Assembly: GCA_903840015.1 (NCBI GenBank)
Contig: CAIMEL010000008.1
Coordinates: 1 to 61,182 of the forward strand
From: an uncultured bacterium
Lineage (GTDB): Bacteria; Patescibacteriota; Dojkabacteria; SC72
Direction: 5' to 3'
Length of the DNA stretch: 61,182 nucleotides
Positions within the stretch are counted from its first letter, which is position 1. Each line of letters opens with the position of its first letter. Position numbers and translations under genes: made by a program. Below, in pieces: positions 1-8,901 of this stretch. The notes below the pieces were generated by a model that did no database searches, was not told the origin of the DNA, and saw only the letters and a list, made by a program, of their open reading frames with translations.

Positions 1-1
1 A

Positions 2-673
2 GCTTACCTATCTAAAAAGGAGCTGGATATATTAAAAGATGAGATTTTCAACAAAGAGATCTACAAAATCCAGTTAAACTCGAATCCTGTTATCTACGAT
101 TTAGGCTCACACATAGGTCTATCCATCCTTTACTTTAAGAACAAATATCCTAATTCAACAATCTACGCTTTCGAACCTAATCCAAACATATTTCCACTAC
201 TTCAAGAAAATATACAAAGGAATGGAATAATTGATGTACATCTATTTGAAGTTGCACTGAGTAAGAGGAAAACACACTCCACACTACATATTGATTCATC
301 TGGAGAAGATGCATTCTCAACAGCAAGTTTTAAGAAAGACGCTTGGAATGGAAAGCAGAAAACTTTACCAATTGAAATTGAATCAGATTTACTTAGTGAT
401 TATCTCAACAGTGAAGTAGATTTGCTTAAGATGGATATAGAGGGGGAGGAATTGAATGTGTTGTCTGATCTTCAAAGGACAGGTAAGTTATCCTTGGTAA
501 AAAATATAATTATTGAATATCATCCAGGAACCCAAAGTAAATTAAGAAAAGTTATCTCAATTCTAAAACAAAATTCATTTACCTTAAAATACAAGGAGGA
601 AGGAGAAGAAATACCTGAGCCGAAAAACAAATTAATCCTTATAGTGGGCCAGAAGATTTCCAACCATTCGTAA
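2..673 (+). CDS. FkbM-family SAM-dependent methyltransferase (5'-truncated by window edge)
   Basis: Frame open from position 2 reads IYDLGSHIG...YAFEPNP...LLKMDIEGEE, the FkbM motifs; the 422..673 ORF is only its tail. Confidence 0.85.
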   Translation, partial: AYLSKKELDILKDEIFNKEIYKIQLNSNPVIYDLGSHIGLSILYFKNKYPNSTIYAFEPNPNIFPLLQENIQRNGIIDVHLFEVALSKRKTHSTLHIDSSGEDAFSTASFKKDAWNGKQKTLPIEIESDLLSDYLNSEVDLLKMDIEGEELNVLSDLQRTGKLSLVKNIIIEYHPGTQSKLRKVISILKQNSFTLKYKEEGEEIPEPKNKLILIVGQKISNHS

Positions 674-1663
674 GACAGAGTTTTTGTTGCTGTAAAATAT
701 CTTGTACAAAGTCTTTGCCAATTTCTCAGTATCATGTCTGACCAAACTCCTATCTAAGCTATCACCTTTGTCTTTTCGGATAACGTCGGTTGCAACAAGA
801 TCTGTTCTAATTACAGTTCTACCAAAACCATCACACAGATCATCCTCCATCACATTCTCACCATCTTCTAAATATCTTTTGTAAGCTTTGGTTGGAATAT
901 TTCCCTTATTTACAACCACAATATCAATATCCCTGCCCATATATTTCTCGAGAAGCTCCACAATCTCCCTATGCGTCCTACCCCTAGTCTGCCCTATTTT
1001 ACTCATCAAATTTGCTACATATACAATCTTCGCCTTGGATTGTTGAATTCTTTCCTTGACTCCAGAGACCAAGATATTAGGTAATATTGTTGTAAAAAGA
1101 TCACCTGGACCCAATACCAGATAATCAGAGCTATCTATCGCCTGAAGTGTCTCATCAAAAGCTTTTGCCTCTGAGTCTAAATAGAAATTAACAATATTTT
1201 TATGTTTCTTTGGCTCATCAATATAGTGCTCGCCAATAACCTTGCTTCCATCATCATACTCGGCAACAAGTCTTACATCGTCAAATGTAACTGGTAGAAC
1301 CTCTCCTCTAACACTAAAAAGATTTTTAAACATCTCAATCGCTTCTAACTCAGATCCCAAAATATCTGTCATAGCAACCATAAGGAGATTTCCCAAAGTA
1401 TGACCCTTAATACCATTTCCCTCACTAAATCTGTATACAAATAGCTTTCTCCAAACCTCATTATTACTAGTATCTGCCAATGCCAGAATTGACTTTCTCA
1501 CATCACTTAGAGGCAGGAGTCCAAATTCATCCCTTACCGCAGCATTACTACCTCCATCATCCATCATTCCAACAATAACTCTCAAATTCAAATCTTGATA
1601 TTTCTTTAAGCCCTGGAGTACAACTGTAGAACCTGTTCCACCTCCGATAACAGTAATATTCAT
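632..1663 (-). CDS. yvcK: YvcK/CofD-family (UPF0052) UDP-GlcNAc-binding protein
   Basis: GGGTG, MMDDGGS, PLSDVR, HTLGNL, GPGDLFTTILPN and VRHD motifs. Confidence 0.9.
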   Translation of the reverse strand: MNITVIGGGTGSTVVLQGLKKYQDLNLRVIVGMMDDGGSNAAVRDEFGLLPLSDVRKSILALADTSNNEVWRKLFVYRFSEGNGIKGHTLGNLLMVAMTDILGSELEAIEMFKNLFSVRGEVLPVTFDDVRLVAEYDDGSKVIGEHYIDEPKKHKNIVNFYLDSEAKAFDETLQAIDSSDYLVLGPGDLFTTILPNILVSGVKERIQQSKAKIVYVANLMSKIGQTRGRTHREIVELLEKYMGRDIDIVVVNKGNIPTKAYKRYLEDGENVMEDDLCDGFGRTVIRTDLVATDVIRKDKGDSLDRSLVRHDTEKLAKTLYKIFYSNKNSVLRMVGNLLAHYKD

Positions 1664-1723
1664 AATAATTAGTATACCATTTTGTGGTATAATTAGGCAT
1701 TAATATCAACATTTTCAACAATT

Positions 1724-2248
1724 ATGAATCTCAAAGTCGGATCTAAGGTCTTCTATCCATCACACGGTGCAGGTTGGGTCAGAGCAGAGAAAGAGATAGA
1801 GTTTAATGGTGAAATAAAAAAGTACTTTGAGTTCGAACTAGTAACTAACCCATTGAGAATATCCGCTCCAATAGAGAATGTTGAAAATTTGGGAATTAGA
1901 GCTGTACTTCCAGTAGAACAGATTAAAGAAGCTATAAAAGAACTTAAGAAAAATCCAAGTGTTAAACCAAAGGTTAAGGATTTCAACATAATGTTGAATC
2001 TCTTTAAAGACTTGGAAGAAAGCTCTGATTTAAAAGCATCAATACAGATAATACAGTACTGCAATAGTGTAAAGAAAAGTAGAGAGAAAGAGGGCCGATT
2101 AATACCTGTAAGTATTGAAAAGCAGATAGAGAATGCCATAAGAAATATCGTAGGCGAATTAGCAGTATCTAGTGGTACCACACTAAAAACAGCTTCCCTA
2201 AATTTCTCTAAGATAACAGGTATCGAAGTAAATATTGAGAGAGATTAA
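1724..2248 (+). CDS. CarD-like/TRCF-domain RNA polymerase-binding protein
   Basis: N-terminal KVGSKVFYPSHGAG...ISAPIENVENLGIR is the CarD RNAP-interaction domain. Confidence 0.8.
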   Translation: MNLKVGSKVFYPSHGAGWVRAEKEIEFNGEIKKYFEFELVTNPLRISAPIENVENLGIRAVLPVEQIKEAIKELKKNPSVKPKVKDFNIMLNLFKDLEESSDLKASIQIIQYCNSVKKSREKEGRLIPVSIEKQIENAIRNIVGELAVSSGTTLKTASLNFSKITGIEVNIERD

Positions 2249-5145
2249 TCTATCTTAATAAATATCTTCTTCCCGTTTAAAACAATCTCATTGGTATACT
2301 CTACCCCATCTTCTGAGACTAAGATGTCTTTGACAGACATTTCTGTATGATTCTTTTCTAAGTATTTCTGTAAAGAAACCTGCTGGTCTGAATCTTCAAA
2401 TTTAAGATGTAATGTCACAACATCATCGATCTTAAATCCACCCTTTTTCCTCATATCCCTATACTTCCTCAAGAACTCATTCCTTAGACCCTCCTCTTTC
2501 AAATCGTCAGACATTCTCACATCTATGGAAACATACATTGTGCCCTCTCCTGCAGAAATGAATCCTTCTTCTTGGATCCTCTCCTTTGAGAATTTCACTT
2601 CCTTAACATTCAACTCTTCCTTTACAATTTCATTCATAACAACATCATCTATGCCCATAAATGCTACAGATAGTGGTTGTCTCAAATTAAGTTTAGCATC
2701 CTCCCTGGCCTTCAAGCCATTTGAACAAACCGTTCTAACTGTATCCATTTTTGAAAGTATCTCCTCATCAATATCCTTTCCCATAAATTTAGGATACTCT
2801 TCTAAATGTACAGATAATTTTGCATCCTTAAGATCCAAACCAACTACTAAATTCTGATACATCTCCTCATCTACAAAGGGGATCATTGGAGCTGAGATTT
2901 GACTGAAGAGCACTAAACAGTAGTGTAGAGTTCCAAGTGCATCAGAATCTCCAACCTTAAATCTGTTTCTTGACCTTCTGATATACCACTGCGAAAGATC
3001 TTTAACGAAATCTTCCATATTTCTACTTGCATTTGCCATATCATATCTGTCCATTAACTTTTCAACATCCATTGCCAATTTCCTCACCTTAGAAACAATC
3101 CATCTATCCATTACATTGGTTAATGCTGTAGCATCATACTTTGAATTATCCCAGTTATGTAATTTTGCGTAGGTAACAAAATAGTTGTACGAATTCCAAA
3201 GAGGAAGATAGAATCTCCTACGAACATCCTCCAACCCATTCCAGCTAAATCGAATATTAGCACCTACCGAAGATGTAACATAGTTCCATCTCAGGATATC
3301 GGAACCAACCTTTTCAGCAGCTTCATCAAATTTAATGTAGGTAGGTTTGGATTTACTCATTCTCTCATTGTTCTCATCTCTAACCTCAGCAAATCCAAGT
3401 ACCTCACGATATGGAATCTGCTTCTCCAATACAACTCCGAAAACAAGCATTGAGTAGAACCAAAGTCTCACCTGTTCAATCATCTCTGTTATGAAGTCGG
3501 CAGGGAACCATTTTTCCCAATATCCCCTATCCTCCAAGTATTTCAATGTCGAGAATGGAACAACACCTGCGTCCAACCAACAATCACCAACATCAGCAAC
3601 CCTCTCTACCTCTTCTCCACATTTTGGGCATTTAATTTTAATATCATCAATCCACGGTCTATGTACGCTTGGTAAATCATCAACTAGCTTCGGTTCAAGA
3701 GCCAATTTCTTTAATTCCTCCTTACTCCCAACTACATGCAAGTTTCCACACTTCTTACATTCATAGAAAGGCAAAGCTAATCCGTAGAATCGTTTTCTAC
3801 TAATCATCCAATCTCCCATTCCATCCAACCAGCCTAACATTCTTTTACCTACATACTCTGGATTCCACTTTACAGTTTCTGATGCTTTTTTTAGATCTTC
3901 TTTAATCGATCGAACATCTAAGAACCAGTTATCTTCTAACCTAAACAAACATTTAGTACCACATCTCCAACAGTGAGGATAGCTATGCTCATACTCCTCT
4001 GTTTTGAAAAGTAAGTTCTTAGATTCAAGATATTTTAATACTTCAGGAGCAACATCATGAGCATATTTACCAGTTAAATCACCATACCCTTCCAAGAATC
4101 TTCCTGTAGAATCAAGAGGAGCAAGTGTATCAGCCTTAAGTTCTAGACCCAATTCAAAATCTTCCTGTCCACAACCTGGAGCTATATGCACAACCCCAGA
4201 ACCAGTTGAAGAATCAACTAAATTCCAAGACACTATGGAGTGAGAGATATTCTTTTGAGCATCAATCTCAAACAAAGAATCATATTCCAATCCAAGAATC
4301 TCCTTAACATCAACACTCTCCACATCCTTCATATTCATCCTCTTCGCGGCATCTGCACCAAGATATACTGTCTTCCCATCATAATTGGTTTTAACATACT
4401 CCAATTCTGGATTTACAGCCAACAAAACATTTGCAGCAAGAGTCCATGGTGTTGTCGTCCATGCAAGGACATACTCATTCTTCCTACCGGTTATTTTAAA
4501 CAAAACATACACGGCAGTATCCTTGATCATCTTGTAACCATCAGCCTGCTCATGTTGAGAAAGTCCAGTCTCACATCTTGGACACCATGTTGTAGCAGAT
4601 TTATCTTTGTACAACAGACCTTTCTCCTGACACTTTTTAAGAAAATGCCAAATATACAGGTTGTTTGTTTCAGACATTGTATAGTAGCTATTATCCCAAT
4701 CCATGAACATTCCCAATCTTTCAGATTGCTCTGTCTGAATCTTAGAAAATTTGTTTACCCTTGCAACACAAGCATTCGTAAAATTATCCATTCCGTAATC
4801 CAAAATATCCTTCTTACTGTTAAATCCTAAATCTCTCTCAACTCCTACCTCTACCCACAGTCCTTGGCAATCAAAACCATTCTGAAATCTCTGCTCAAAA
4901 CCTTGCATATTCTTGTATCTCTGAACAACATCTTTGTATGTCCTAGCCCAAGCATGATGTACTCCCATTGGATTATTCGCCGTTATTGGTCCATCAATGA
5001 AAGAGAAGTTTTTCTTAGATTTGTTATTCTTTTCTAAATACTTCTTCACAATTGATTTCTCATTCCACAGATTCATAATATCTTTCTCCATTTGTACAAA
5101 ATCAACATTAGCTTTAACCTCTCTTAATTTGCTAGCTTTAGCCAT
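2245..5145 (-). CDS. ileS: Isoleucine--tRNA ligase, type 2, with GVHH signature
   Basis: DGPITANN..GVHH, WTTTPWTL and GSGVVHIAP editing domain, DWMISRKR, RMSKS; no IleRS1 C-terminal Zn domain; T-box with AUC specifier upstream. Confidence 0.97.
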   Translation of the reverse strand: MAKASKLREVKANVDFVQMEKDIMNLWNEKSIVKKYLEKNNKSKKNFSFIDGPITANNPMGVHHAWARTYKDVVQRYKNMQGFEQRFQNGFDCQGLWVEVGVERDLGFNSKKDILDYGMDNFTNACVARVNKFSKIQTEQSERLGMFMDWDNSYYTMSETNNLYIWHFLKKCQEKGLLYKDKSATTWCPRCETGLSQHEQADGYKMIKDTAVYVLFKITGRKNEYVLAWTTTPWTLAANVLLAVNPELEYVKTNYDGKTVYLGADAAKRMNMKDVESVDVKEILGLEYDSLFEIDAQKNISHSIVSWNLVDSSTGSGVVHIAPGCGQEDFELGLELKADTLAPLDSTGRFLEGYGDLTGKYAHDVAPEVLKYLESKNLLFKTEEYEHSYPHCWRCGTKCLFRLEDNWFLDVRSIKEDLKKASETVKWNPEYVGKRMLGWLDGMGDWMISRKRFYGLALPFYECKKCGNLHVVGSKEELKKLALEPKLVDDLPSVHRPWIDDIKIKCPKCGEEVERVADVGDCWLDAGVVPFSTLKYLEDRGYWEKWFPADFITEMIEQVRLWFYSMLVFGVVLEKQIPYREVLGFAEVRDENNERMSKSKPTYIKFDEAAEKVGSDILRWNYVTSSVGANIRFSWNGLEDVRRRFYLPLWNSYNYFVTYAKLHNWDNSKYDATALTNVMDRWIVSKVRKLAMDVEKLMDRYDMANASRNMEDFVKDLSQWYIRRSRNRFKVGDSDALGTLHYCLVLFSQISAPMIPFVDEEMYQNLVVGLDLKDAKLSVHLEEYPKFMGKDIDEEILSKMDTVRTVCSNGLKAREDAKLNLRQPLSVAFMGIDDVVMNEIVKEELNVKEVKFSKERIQEEGFISAGEGTMYVSIDVRMSDDLKEEGLRNEFLRKYRDMRKKGGFKIDDVVTLHLKFEDSDQQVSLQKYLEKNHTEMSVKDILVSEDGVEYTNEIVLNGKKIFIKID

Positions 5146-5163
5146 ATCTTTAAATATTTAATT

Positions 5164-5222
5164 TAAACAAAAAGCCCCCTTGTAGAAACTAGTATATTGT
5201 ATACTAATCTTTACAAAGGGGC
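5164..5222 (-). terminator. Intrinsic terminator of the ileS T-box leader
   Basis: Imperfect 23-bp hairpin GCCCCUUUGUAAAGAUUAGUAUA / UAUACUAGUUUCUACAAGGGGGC followed by UUUUUGUUU; its 5' arm is the antiterminator 3' strand. Confidence 0.88.
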
Positions 5223-5391
5223 GAACATATTACATATTTCGCGGTACCACCCTATTCAAAGCAACATTACTGTTACTTCCTCTGAACCACACAGTGTATG
5301 GTTCGGATCTTTGATAACGGAGATCTACCGATGGAGTCTACTTGCATTCGCTTTCTTTCCACCACTTACCAGTGATAGCTGGGTCAAAGTG
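5164..5391 (-). promoter_or_regulatory. T-box riboswitch (tRNA-Ile sensing), ultrashort Stem I, transcriptional expression platform
   Basis: Minus strand: Stem I CAC-UUU-GA-C-CCAG[CU AUC A]CUGG-U-AA-GUG (5391-5363); Stem II GUGGA..AAGAA..AGUA..UCCAU; IIA/B pseudoknot CGG/CCG plus GAUCU/AGAUC; Stem III 5304-5284; AGGG-UGGUACC-GCG antiterminator pairing with CGC-CCCU. Confidence 0.93.
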
Positions 5392-5398
5392 TTTCCCC

Positions 5399-5407
5399 AT
5401 TATATCA
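5399..5407 (-). promoter_or_regulatory. Extended -10 promoter (TGnTATAAT) for the T-box/ileS transcript
   Basis: TGATATAAT ends 7 nt before the first base of Stem I. Confidence 0.75.
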
Positions 5408-5444
5408 CACTCATATGGTATCTTAGAAATGGCTTGGAGTGTAG

Positions 5445-5450
5445 TATAAT
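5445..5450 (+). promoter_or_regulatory. -10 box of pepF-like gene (probably leaderless)
   Basis: TATAAT 5 nt before ATG 5456. Confidence 0.6.
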
Positions 5451-5455
5451 GGGGA

Positions 5456-7231
5456 ATGAAAACAACTTGGAATTTAGAACAGCTATACAAGAATCAGAAT
5501 GATCCACAGATTGAATTAGATACAGATGTCGCAATATCAAAAAACAAAACTTTTGTAAAAAAATGGAAAGCAAACAGAGAATATCTCAGCAATCCAAAAA
5601 TTCTAAGAGCAGCTATTGAAGAATATGAGGAGCTAGAAGAAAAATACGGCCAAGCTATGAAGCCGTTTTACTACTTCATCCTCTTAAATTCCCTAAATCA
5701 AACAGACAGCAATATCAAAGCTAAACTTAACAAACTTTCAGATTTGTATACACGTTTAAGTAATGATATTCAATTTTTTGAATTAAATATCTCAAAAATT
5801 TCCGAAGAAAAGCAGAAACTATTTCTCACATCTCCCGACCTAGTAAAATACAAACATTTTCTCGAGGGATTATTTCTAAGTGGTAAATATATTCTTACGG
5901 ATATGGAGGAAAGGGTTTTCAATTCAATGAGCAAAACATCTTACTTCAACTGGGTAGATATGCTCTCTGAGCTATTGGACAAACAGGAATTGAGTATAAA
6001 GGGGGAGGATGGAAAAACAAAACAGATCCATTACAATGAAATTAGTAAATATTTTGAATCAAGAGACAAGAAGGTTCGACATTTTGCAGCAAAGGAGTTC
6101 AACAAGGTAAATAGTAAGTATGCTGAAATTGCTGAATTTGAGATAAATTCAGTGCTTGAAAGCAAGTACATATCAGACACATACAGAAAAGTAAAAAGAG
6201 CAGATCTTCTAAGACATATAGAAGATGATATAGAGACAGAGATTGTAGATACTCTTGTAAAAACAGTTACTGAGAATTTTGATATATCTCGAAACTACTA
6301 CAAATACAAGGCTAAGTCTTTAGGTGTAAAACAATTAGGATACCATGATCGTCATGTTCCATTGGGAAATGCTACAAAGGAGTATCAATATAGCGAAGCT
6401 ATGGATATTGTAAAGAAAACTTTCTACTCTTTAGATAAAGAATTTGGAGATATTGTTGAAAGATTTCAATTAAACGGACAGTATGATGTATACCCTCAGA
6501 AAGGCAAATCGGGAGGAGCTTTTTGTATAAATGTTAGTAAATCACTACCTACATACATTCTGTTAAACCACAATATGAAAGTGCATGATGTTTTAACAAT
6601 AGCCCATGAAAGTGGACATGGTATACATTCAGAACTATCCACATCTCAATCAGCTGTTAACAGTGATTACCCTACCTCGTTGGCTGAGACAGCAAGTACA
6701 TTTTTTGAAGATTTTACTCTACAAAACATTCTTGAAACCGCTAACGAAGAGGAAAGATATACAATCTTAGGTCAGAAAATGCACAATGATGTGTCAACAA
6801 TATTCGCACAGGTTGCTTTATATAACTTTGAAACAGAATTGCACAGAGAATTTAGGCGGAAAGGATATGTAGATAGAGATACAATATCAGAGCTTTTCTG
6901 TAAGCACATGCATGCATACTTGGGAGATTCTGTAAAAATAGATGAGGGTATGAAAAATGGATGGATATACTGGAGCCATATTCGTAGATATTTCTATGTT
7001 TATTCATATGCAAGTGGCCTCCTTATATCCAAATCACTACAAGCAATGGTTCGAGAGAACCCGAAAAAGATTTCTTTAGTAAAAACTTTTCTATCTTCTG
7101 GGAGTATCAAATCGCCACGGGAAATATTTTTAGATATGGGTATTGATATATCTAGAAAGGATATTTGGTTGAAGGGTATTAATGAGGTAAAATATATGTT
7201 AGATAACTTAATTAGAAATAATTATGGGTGA
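5456..7231 (+). CDS. pepF: M3B oligoendopeptidase F family
   Basis: N-terminal WNLEQLY, GKSGGAFC, HESGH (HExxH), LAETAS, WSHIRRYFYVYSYA. Confidence 0.88.
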   Translation: MKTTWNLEQLYKNQNDPQIELDTDVAISKNKTFVKKWKANREYLSNPKILRAAIEEYEELEEKYGQAMKPFYYFILLNSLNQTDSNIKAKLNKLSDLYTRLSNDIQFFELNISKISEEKQKLFLTSPDLVKYKHFLEGLFLSGKYILTDMEERVFNSMSKTSYFNWVDMLSELLDKQELSIKGEDGKTKQIHYNEISKYFESRDKKVRHFAAKEFNKVNSKYAEIAEFEINSVLESKYISDTYRKVKRADLLRHIEDDIETEIVDTLVKTVTENFDISRNYYKYKAKSLGVKQLGYHDRHVPLGNATKEYQYSEAMDIVKKTFYSLDKEFGDIVERFQLNGQYDVYPQKGKSGGAFCINVSKSLPTYILLNHNMKVHDVLTIAHESGHGIHSELSTSQSAVNSDYPTSLAETASTFFEDFTLQNILETANEEERYTILGQKMHNDVSTIFAQVALYNFETELHREFRRKGYVDRDTISELFCKHMHAYLGDSVKIDEGMKNGWIYWSHIRRYFYVYSYASGLLISKSLQAMVRENPKKISLVKTFLSSGSIKSPREIFLDMGIDISRKDIWLKGINEVKYMLDNLIRNNYG

Positions 7232-7628
7232 TCCAAAAGGTCCAACAGGTGGATATCTTAATCAGTGGGAAGCAGCTCGAGAGAGAGAGATGGATGCTCG
7301 AAAAGAGGAAGCTATAGCAATACATAGAGAGAAAGTTGTTGATTATCTCGATCAACAAGGAATTGTCGGTTATTCACTAGGCAAAGGAGCGTATTACTAT
7401 CTGAAGCCTATACATGTATGTGTACTGGATCCAGAGGTAGACGAACCCGAGCAAATAGAGATATTTATTGGTGCAGAGATAGTACAGAAGGATGCAATTA
7501 CAAGGACTGTCGAGCAAAACCCCAAGGGTACTCTAAATTACAAATTTGAGATCATGAAGTCAGAAGATAATTCCATAGGAATGACAATAACTTGCGATCC
7601 ACTCGGGAATATCGAAAGCGTTGAATAG
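7224..7628 (+). CDS. Hypothetical protein
   Basis: 134-aa ORF overlapping the pepF stop and converging on tRNA-Gln; no recognisable motif. Confidence 0.6.
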   Translation: MGDPKGPTGGYLNQWEAAREREMDARKEEAIAIHREKVVDYLDQQGIVGYSLGKGAYYYLKPIHVCVLDPEVDEPEQIEIFIGAEIVQKDAITRTVEQNPKGTLNYKFEIMKSEDNSIGMTITCDPLGNIESVE

Positions 7629-7631
7629 AAA

Positions 7632-7702
7632 TTGCCGGACCTAGATTCGAACTAGGATTAACGGTTCCAGAGACCGTCGTCCTACCATTAGACGATCCGG
7701 CA
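7632..7702 (-). tRNA. tRNA-Gln(CUG), CCA not encoded
   Basis: Acceptor TGCCGGA/TCCGGCA, anticodon arm ACGGT-ctCTGga-ACCGT, T loop GTTCGAAT. Confidence 0.95.
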
Positions 7703-7718
7703 ATATCACACGATTATA

Positions 7719-8399
7719 TCACTTAGAAGACTCTTCTTGATATATTTCATCTACATTAACATATAGACGAGACCTGTTTTTAAATTTCTCAATTACTTCA
7801 TCCATAACTCGAATCATGATCCTTGTTCCTAGGATATAATCACCTGTTCCTTTCAAAAAGTGCGACTTAATAGCCTGTATCGGATTAATAATATTCATCC
7901 AATTCGCTTCATCAATATGACTTGTTATATACCAACAACCATCATCATTATGATATATCCTACAGTGGAATCGTTTTTTGCCTGGGGAAAGCTTAGTTAG
8001 AAACAAATGTTTCAAGTTTTCTTTTCTCCCATAAAGTAATTTTGCCAACTTCTCCCAACCAGGAATCAAATATCCTCCGACATTATAGACGATAATGATA
8101 TCTCCATTATGATATTCAGAAAATGACACATCTGTATTAAAACCAACATCATCAAAGATATCTCTAATCTGATTCACTGTGATTAATTCATTCCCTTTGT
8201 TAAAAAGCTTGATAATATGTACAACCTTATCTACTGAAAATTCTCTGGAAAAGAGCCTCTTACGCATCTCATTGTTCTGCTCAGCAATAAATTTACTTGC
8301 CTCTAAAACCTCAAATCCAAGGTCTAGATTAGCATAACTCTTACTACCAAATCTTTTATTATCATCACTCGAACGCAGAATGGATGAACGTACTGACAT
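7719..8399 (-). CDS. Hypothetical protein
   Basis: 226-aa ORF, 1 nt from the upstream gene; RFHCRIY...SHID...H...GDY pattern but no confident family. Confidence 0.65.
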   Translation of the reverse strand: MSVRSSILRSSDDNKRFGSKSYANLDLGFEVLEASKFIAEQNNEMRKRLFSREFSVDKVVHIIKLFNKGNELITVNQIRDIFDDVGFNTDVSFSEYHNGDIIIVYNVGGYLIPGWEKLAKLLYGRKENLKHLFLTKLSPGKKRFHCRIYHNDDGCWYITSHIDEANWMNIINPIQAIKSHFLKGTGDYILGTRIMIRVMDEVIEKFKNRSRLYVNVDEIYQEESSK

Positions 8400-8400
8400 C

Positions 8401-8901
8401 TCACTTTCCTCTTAATTTATTTATTGGCCACAACCAGTTATTAATATGCCCTAACTGTTTTACATCATCAAGAATATCAAAAGTCATATGGACTAGAAAA
8501 GCACCAGAGATAACAGTCAGGATATCTATTTGCAACAGAATACTGATAACAAAAGCTATCCACACTAAGACGTAAAAGATGACATTATGCAAAACAAGGT
8601 TGTTCATAACTTTATGATTAATTGTAGCTATCTCTGCAACTTTTTTCAGATTCTTACTTTTCAAAGATGCCATTACTTCCTCATACAGATCCAAGTACTT
8701 TGATCTACTAAAAAGAAAGCAAATTAAATTATCCAAATCTATAACGAAAGAGAAGACCAAGAATATGAATAACATAGGTACAGAGAGGGAGCCCAAGAAA
8801 AGCGAAACAAGGAAAAAACCTAATAGAGCCAATAACAAATGCTGAGTATAATGTCTAAGAGATTTATCTTTTGCGAAATAATTATTATAAAGATTTTGCA
8901 T
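8401..8901 (-). CDS. Putative membrane metal-dependent hydrolase (YdjM/DUF457-like)
   Basis: Multiple hydrophobic helices with N-terminal H, IDLD, LHN and VHMTFD motifs. Confidence 0.6.
   Translation of the reverse strand: MQNLYNNYFAKDKSLRHYTQHLLLALLGFFLVSLFLGSLSVPMLFIFLVFSFVIDLDNLICFLFSRSKYLDLYEEVMASLKSKNLKKVAEIATINHKVMNNLVLHNVIFYVLVWIAFVISILLQIDILTVISGAFLVHMTFDILDDVKQLGHINNWLWPINKLRGK

Noticed and set aside
5197-5502. 101-aa + strand ORF upstream of pepF
   Set aside because: It lies antisense to the T-box leader and across both promoters; the RNA structure explains the sequence
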